A DNA stretch of 64,000 nt from an uncultured Candidatus Saccharibacteria bacterium (lineage in GTDB: Bacteria; Patescibacteriota; Minisyncoccia; Phycocordibacterales; UBA9973), in the NCBI GenBank assembly GCA_964544225.1, contig CAZIZK010000001.1, positions 207,477 through 271,476 of the forward strand, in the 5' to 3' direction. The notes beneath the pieces were generated by a model, which was given only the letters and a program-made list of their open reading frames with translations, was not told the DNA's origin and did no database searches. The stretch's first letter is position 1; each line of letters starts with the position of its first letter. A program made the position numbers and the translations under genes. Below, one piece after another: positions 58,514-64,000 of this stretch.

Positions 58514-60499
58514 ATGATTAATGATGAAGTACTTTCTTATATAACTACGCAGAAGATGCGTGGAGTATCTCGCGAAGTAATACTCGGCAAGCTTCTATCT
58601 GCTGGATGGTTGCCAGGTGATGCACAAGAAGCAATGGACAAAGTATTTGTTGTGGTAAATGCCACACCTGTTATCAGTACACCTTCATCTATATACAATG
58701 CAAATATCAATACTAATATATCTGAAAGTATTAGTACTAAACCAAAGGTTGATGATAAATATCTAGAACCAATCGAGGAGGTGGCCAAGCCTGCCGCAAA
58801 GGAGCAAGTGTTTGCTATACCAAAACGTGAGGAATTTATCCCCACACTTATGCCAAAGGCACAGTTTATACCACCAGTTCGACCTTTGTCTAACAACCAA
58901 GTTTCACCAAAGACAAGTGAGCCCGTTGCTAATACTTCTTTCCAGTCATTTCGCCCAGCTGCTGCCCCAGTGCCAACTGCCGAGATACTGACTCCAGACA
59001 CATACTCACCAAACCCAAAGATGGCCGTAACTTCTTCGTATCAGAATGATTATAAAGTTGCCCAAGCTACAAATTCGAAGGTGAATGCTTTTAGGTTTAT
59101 AAAGAAGCTAGGCTTGATTGTGGTGATACTTGGTATTATCGGTGGTGGTGCGTGGGCGTATACAAAAGGGTACATAAAGCTACCATTCAATATACCTCTT
59201 ATGAGGCCTGACCCTCATCAGGTATTGGCATTGGTACCACAAGCCCAAAGCAAGGTTACAACTTTCAAATTCGAAGGGGATATTGAGTTTACTTTCCCAT
59301 CTGTATATAGCCTGATCGGCATGATGATGTCTGAAAATAGTGCCAAAGCTTCTGATATGGACAACTTGTCTTTGCGTAATACTGGATCGTTCGGACGAGG
59401 GGACAATAGTATGCCAATATTTAATATGAACTTTGCAATCAACTCATCCTTACTAGATTCAAAGATAGAGTCCGAGGTGCACACCAAAGATGGCAATATA
59501 TATATGCTGTTCCCAGATCTTTCTAGCGCAATACCACGCATACCATTACAGAGTGGGTGGGTTTCCATGAATGCCAATGACACAGACGCAGTCATCAACA
59601 TGCTACCGATGAATGTAAACAAGTTTCAGCTACGCATGCAAAAAGACTTTTTACTAAAGTCTAACAAAGATGCAATGTGGCAAAGTGTTATGAAGATTTT
59701 GGCGGACACAATGTCCCAGGCCGAGATAACTGACAAGGGTGACGAAGTGGTGCGAGGAGTTGATGTGTCACACTATAGTATTACACTCGACACACAAGTG
59801 GTAAAAGACACAATACTCTCTGTTATGAAGGCAACCCCTGACTTATTTACCGAAGAGGATACTAACCAACTTTCAGATGTTTTGAATACATTGTCTGTAA
59901 AGAGTATGGAAGTGTGGATAGGTAAGACAGATAATTTGATATACAAGTACTCTTTCGAATTATCACTACCAATGAGTAAGTTGCTAAGTATCGATGCACA
60001 GAATCTTTCAGAAAGCATGGCCACAGTAAAAGTAACACAGACTTATTATGATTATGGTTCAGTTGTATCGCCAAATATTCCAGACTCTGCAACTTCAGTA
60101 CTTCAATCATTGCAAGATGCACGTAATGAATCTATAGACAATCAGAACCGTGTTGCATTGCAGGTTAACTTGCCAAATGCTATCCGCGACCTAAAGAAGG
60201 TACAAGGTAGTTATGGTACCAAATCTAACAAAACAGGGGACTGTACCAACCCTGTATCAGGGTCAGTGTTCTCACCACTGGGCCACAAGGCTGGTGCTAT
60301 CAATGCTGTTGGCTCAATATCTGAGCAAATATTATTAATACTTGGTAATACTGATGGAGTTGGTTCATGTTACTCTACGCCTAGCGCTTGGGCAGTGGCA
60401 GTACCATTGAAGGCAAAGACCGACACAATGTTCTGTGTAGACAGTTCTGGCAAAGCCCTAGAATTATCAAAGCCTATTACCGGCGCAATGTGTAAATAA
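58514..60499 (+). CDS. Single-pass membrane protein: N-terminal helical domain, Pro-rich linker, LolA/LppX-like beta domain, C-terminal type IV pilin-like domain
   Basis: YI...GVSREVILGKLLSAGW; TM; MEVWIGKTDNLIYK, YYDYG; SLQDARNES...CYS...WAVAVPL...FCVDSSG...C. Confidence 0.65.
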   Translation: MINDEVLSYITTQKMRGVSREVILGKLLSAGWLPGDAQEAMDKVFVVVNATPVISTPSSIYNANINTNISESISTKPKVDDKYLEPIEEVAKPAAKEQVFAIPKREEFIPTLMPKAQFIPPVRPLSNNQVSPKTSEPVANTSFQSFRPAAAPVPTAEILTPDTYSPNPKMAVTSSYQNDYKVAQATNSKVNAFRFIKKLGLIVVILGIIGGGAWAYTKGYIKLPFNIPLMRPDPHQVLALVPQAQSKVTTFKFEGDIEFTFPSVYSLIGMMMSENSAKASDMDNLSLRNTGSFGRGDNSMPIFNMNFAINSSLLDSKIESEVHTKDGNIYMLFPDLSSAIPRIPLQSGWVSMNANDTDAVINMLPMNVNKFQLRMQKDFLLKSNKDAMWQSVMKILADTMSQAEITDKGDEVVRGVDVSHYSITLDTQVVKDTILSVMKATPDLFTEEDTNQLSDVLNTLSVKSMEVWIGKTDNLIYKYSFELSLPMSKLLSIDAQNLSESMATVKVTQTYYDYGSVVSPNIPDSATSVLQSLQDARNESIDNQNRVALQVNLPNAIRDLKKVQGSYGTKSNKTGDCTNPVSGSVFSPLGHKAGAINAVGSISEQILLILGNTDGVGSCYSTPSAWAVAVPLKAKTDTMFCVDSSGKALELSKPITGAMCK

Positions 60500-60500
60500 T

Positions 60501-60920
60501 ATGAAAGTCCTAATCATACACGCAATCATAATTGCTTTAGGACTTTTTGGATTTTTGTTGGCATCTTATATCCACCGCAAAAAGTCTGCAAAGAAGAAGT
60601 TAGTGTGCCCAATGCGTAGCAACTGTGAGACAGTGATACATAGTGACTATTCAAAGATCTTGGGTGTTCCCGTCGAGGTCTTGGGTATGTGCTACTATGC
60701 ATTTATTGCATTGTCGTATGGGGTGTACCATATCACATATACATCACCAATATTCCTAATTGTATTGTCTGGGATTAGTCTGTCTGCTGTTATATTCTCA
60801 ACATATCTTATATCTCTACAAGCATTTGTTATAAAGCAATGGTGCACTTGGTGCCTATGCTCGGCTATGACATCGGCTATTATATTTGGCTTGTCATCAC
60901 TAGCAACATCTTGCCAATAA
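60501..60920 (+). CDS. Vitamin K epoxide reductase (VKOR) family protein
   Basis: C....CETVIHSDYS..LGVP...LG, QAFVIKQWCTWC. Confidence 0.92.
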   Translation: MKVLIIHAIIIALGLFGFLLASYIHRKKSAKKKLVCPMRSNCETVIHSDYSKILGVPVEVLGMCYYAFIALSYGVYHITYTSPIFLIVLSGISLSAVIFSTYLISLQAFVIKQWCTWCLCSAMTSAIIFGLSSLATSCQ

Positions 60921-60982
60921 GCTTTCTTTTTAAACGTTTTTCTGGTATAAAAGAGTAACTTGAGTAAAATCAAGAACAATAT

Positions 60983-61055
60983 GGGGGTTATGGTGTAACG
61001 GTTAACACTGAGGTTTGTGGAACCTTCGATCTGGGTTCGATTCCCAGTAGCCCCC
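60983..61055 (+). tRNA. tRNA-His(GTG) with encoded G-1
   Basis: g-ggggtta/tagcccc-c, gaggt-ttgtgga-acctt, ctgggttcgattcccag. Confidence 0.94.
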
Positions 61056-61320
61056 CAATAAAAAAGCCGCTTTCGAGCGGTCTTTTTTATTGGGGGGCTA
61101 AGAAAGACACTTGAGTGTCTTTCGTCTGGGTGAGCTGTGTTAAGGGGAACCCTTTAGGGAAACACAGCGCAAGACCTTGAACATTTTGTACTCAAAAAGT
61201 GAAAGGTGTACAGTTTCTGTAAGAAAACGAAAGACCGTTAGCGATGTAATCGCCGATACGCGTACTCGCGGTCCCAGTTTCTCCTGTAAGGTTCGATAAG
61301 CGTACTCGCGGTCCCAGTCT
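61056..61320 (+). repeat. tRNA-downstream structured element (copy B, after tRNA-His)
   Basis: Nested hairpins; internal direct repeat gcgtactcgcggtcccagt (61260, 61300); 32-nt match to the element after tRNA-Ser. Confidence 0.7.
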
Positions 61321-61374
61321 GTGTATTTTATGCTATAATTGTTCCATTAACAGTTTATTTCAATTTTTATTTAT

Positions 61375-61770
61375 ATGACAACAGGATTATTGATCGCATT
61401 GCTCGGAGCTGTAGTTAGCTTCCTTTTGGGCTGGTTGTGGTATTCAAAGTTTATGTTTGGTAAGTTCTGGATGGCCGAGATGGGCATAACAGCAGAACCA
61501 ACAAAGGCCGAGAAGAAGGCTATGATGCCAAAGATGCTTGCCCTAGGTTTATTCGGTGACTTTGTAAGGTCTTTTGTTTTTCTATTACTTGTGGCTACAC
61601 TTCGTGCTAACCAGTTCTACCTTGGTGCATTTATCTGGCTTGGATTTATATTGCCAATGTTATTGAACGCAGTTATGTACGAGAAGAAGTCATGGAGACT
61701 ATTCCTAATCCACGCTGGTTACTACCTAGTATCTATCATGGCTATTGGTTTCGTATTTTCATTCTTCTAA
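61375..61770 (+). CDS. DUF1761-like membrane protein
   Basis: LGWLWYS..FGKFWM, WLGF, YEKKSW..FLIHAGY. Confidence 0.85.
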   Translation: MTTGLLIALLGAVVSFLLGWLWYSKFMFGKFWMAEMGITAEPTKAEKKAMMPKMLALGLFGDFVRSFVFLLLVATLRANQFYLGAFIWLGFILPMLLNAVMYEKKSWRLFLIHAGYYLVSIMAIGFVFSFF

Positions 61771-61800
61771 TAGCTAAACAATCTTAAAAAACACAATGTC

Positions 61801-61830
61801 CCACAATAGCCACGGCCGTGGCTATTGTGG
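61801..61830. terminator. Perfect 30-bp palindrome, probable terminator
   Basis: ccacaatagccacgg|ccgtggctattgtgg. Confidence 0.6.
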
Positions 61831-61878
61831 TGTTTGCATTGTATTTGCTTTATTTTGGGCGAGTTGTAATATGGAGAT

Positions 61879-63555
61879 ATGGAATACAATAGTGAAAATA
61901 AGATATGTCAGAACTGCAAAAACGACTTCCAAATCGAGCCGGATGATTTTGGCTTTTATGATAAGATCGGGGTCCCAGCACCGACTTGGTGTGTAGATTG
62001 TAGGCAGCTTCGCCGTTATGCATGGAGAAATGAGAGGACACTATATAGGCGCAATTGTGACTTGTGTAGTAAATCTACAGTAACAATATATTCAGCCGAC
62101 AAACCATACAAAGTATATTGTGTGTCTTGCTGGTGGAGCGACAGCTGGGATGAAAGTGAGTACGGAAGGGACTTTGATTTTACCCGACCCTTCTTCGAGC
62201 AGTTTGCCGAACTGCAAAGGGATGTTCCTCGTATGGCACTTCTGACAAAGAACAGTACAAACTCAGAATATACAAATCACTCAGGTAACAACAAGAATGC
62301 TTATATCTCTTTTGCTACTTTTGATAGTGAAAATATTTTATATGGAACATGGGTTATGGACTCACGCGATTGTACCGACTGTAGCTTTGTTTATGAAAAA
62401 GGCGAGAAGTTGTACGAGTGTATCGATACGCATAATTGCTATAAATCACAGTACTCTGTCTTTATGAACAGCTCTACCGACTGTATGTACTGCTTTGATG
62501 TGAATGGTTCTGGCAATTGTTTTATGTCTTGCAATCTACGTAGTCAGAATTATGTTTTTAGAAATCAGAAATATAGCAGAGAAGAATATTTAGAATTGGT
62601 GGGCCAATACGACTTATCATCTTATGCTGTCCGCCAAGAATTGTTCAAGGAATATATAGATATGGTTAGGAACCAGGCTATACATAAATACATGCAAGGG
62701 GAGAGGAATATAAATTCTTTTGGGAACTTACTATTTTCTTGCAAGAATACGATCAATTGTTTCGAGCTTGATCGTGCCGAGGATTGTAAAAATCTTTATA
62801 GTGGTTTAGACATCAAGGATTCTATGGATCTGTACCATGTAGGGCGCAAAGTAGAACTATGTTATGAATGCCAAGGGTCTGTTGGAATTTACAATACACA
62901 ATTTTGCCACCTTTGTTATGACAATTCACACCTGATGTATTGTGACTCTTGCCAGAATAGCCAGAACTTATTTGGCTGTGTATCTGTAAAGAAGGGCGAG
63001 TACATGATATTTAATAAAAAGTATTCAAAGGAAGAGTACACAGAGTTAAAGAATAAGATAATTGAACACATGAAAAGTACTGGCGAGTTTGGCGAATTTT
63101 TCCCTATAGAGATTGCCCCAGTATATTTCAACGAGACTCGTGCGATGATATATATGCCAATGGGAAAAGACGCAGTTCTGGCTAAAGGTTGGAACTGGGA
63201 GGAAAAGGCCCCAGGAGTATTTGGCAAAGGCACGACAGATATGAATGAAGTTCCAGACAGTATCAATGATGTTGATGAGGAATATATAAAGAATATTTTT
63301 ACCTGTATAGATTGTGATAAAAATTATAATATAACAGCTGAAGAGTTTGCCTTTTATAAGAGGGAGGTTGTGCCACTTCCACACAAATGTCCAGATTGTA
63401 GAGAGAAGGGTAGAATAGCTCAGAGGATGGAAAGGCACCTATGGCATCGTGGTTGTTCCAATGATGGATGTACAAATGAATTCGAAAGTCCTTACGAGCC
63501 AAACCGGCCCGAGAAGGTGTATTGTGAGGATTGTTATAAAAAGGAAGTATTATAA
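61879..63555 (+). CDS. Cys-rich protein, paralog 3
   Basis: CQNCKNDFQIEPDDF..YDKIGVPAPTWCVDCR...PEKVYCEDCY. Confidence 0.85.
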   Translation: MEYNSENKICQNCKNDFQIEPDDFGFYDKIGVPAPTWCVDCRQLRRYAWRNERTLYRRNCDLCSKSTVTIYSADKPYKVYCVSCWWSDSWDESEYGRDFDFTRPFFEQFAELQRDVPRMALLTKNSTNSEYTNHSGNNKNAYISFATFDSENILYGTWVMDSRDCTDCSFVYEKGEKLYECIDTHNCYKSQYSVFMNSSTDCMYCFDVNGSGNCFMSCNLRSQNYVFRNQKYSREEYLELVGQYDLSSYAVRQELFKEYIDMVRNQAIHKYMQGERNINSFGNLLFSCKNTINCFELDRAEDCKNLYSGLDIKDSMDLYHVGRKVELCYECQGSVGIYNTQFCHLCYDNSHLMYCDSCQNSQNLFGCVSVKKGEYMIFNKKYSKEEYTELKNKIIEHMKSTGEFGEFFPIEIAPVYFNETRAMIYMPMGKDAVLAKGWNWEEKAPGVFGKGTTDMNEVPDSINDVDEEYIKNIFTCIDCDKNYNITAEEFAFYKREVVPLPHKCPDCREKGRIAQRMERHLWHRGCSNDGCTNEFESPYEPNRPEKVYCEDCYKKEVL

Positions 63556-63558
63556 TTT

Positions 63559-64000
63559 ATGAAAAAGTTTATAAACATAGAAAATAGTGAAAAGATTGAA
63601 TTTAACTCCAGCGATTTACCAATGCTTATTCATGGCAAGGATAAAACAGGTTCTTCACTTTTTTCTATTACTGTTGCTGTGCATCTGCATACTCAAGGTA
63701 ATAAGCTTTTAATATTTACTGCATATTCAATGGCAAAGGATGAATTCCTACTTCAGGTAGGGAGCGATGCTTCTGTTTTTTATTTAGAAAATATAGATGA
63801 CATATCTAAAGCGCAAGAATATCAAACTATAATAACTAAAAGTGGGAACAAGGATTTATGTGAAAAAACTCTGGCCAAGATTGCAGATATTGATTCAAGA
63901 ATACTTTTTATAAAGAACGTTGATCAGATGCTAAGTAGTGATATAGTAGAAAATATGAAGCAGGGGAGTGGACTATTAATTTCTGGTGACATTGATTTAT
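63559..64000 (+). CDS. Hypothetical protein, possibly a degenerate P-loop fold (3' truncated)
   Basis: Open from ATG 63559 to the window end: MKKFINIENSEKIEFNSSDLPMLIHGKDKTGSSLFS...ILFIKN. Confidence 0.65.
   Translation, partial: MKKFINIENSEKIEFNSSDLPMLIHGKDKTGSSLFSITVAVHLHTQGNKLLIFTAYSMAKDEFLLQVGSDASVFYLENIDDISKAQEYQTIITKSGNKDLCEKTLAKIADIDSRILFIKNVDQMLSSDIVENMKQGSGLLISGDIDL

Noticed and set aside
61250-61320. CRISPR array
   Set aside because: Only two 19-nt repeats, no spacer series and no cas genes; treated as part of the tRNA-attached element.

Overview
Chromosomal origin region of a small-genome, AT-rich bacterium. The gene complement points to Patescibacteria/CPR, probably Parcubacteria (inference). 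It uses code 11, since TGA ends ruvB and the 37803 gene. Layout: (1) ksgA, then a ~16.7 kb chromosomal type IV secretion-like locus (secreted/membrane proteins, VirB6/TrbL-like, PrgI, TraC-like, VirB4). The locus ends in two VirB2-like pilin genes whose first 418 bp appear identical but which carry different predicted peptidoglycan-hydrolase C-termini. (2) jag-yidC-yidD-rnpA-rpmH, then dnaA-oriC-dnaN. (3) Housekeeping and repair genes: PBP1A, tyrS, ruvABC, polA, holA-like, mutM, ruvX, PIF1-like helicase. (4) Type IV pilus genes (pilB, pilMNO) and large surface proteins. (5) Seven tRNAs, several followed by structured non-coding elements; two of these share a 32-nt motif. (6) Three paralogous Cys-rich proteins, two in tandem with near-identical DNA ends and divergent interiors. 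(7) Two candidate ncRNAs, one 6S-like. (8) Several self-contained single-gene cassettes. No CRISPR array, integrase, transposase, relaxase or reverse transcriptase was seen. All calls come from reading motifs by eye; no searches were run.
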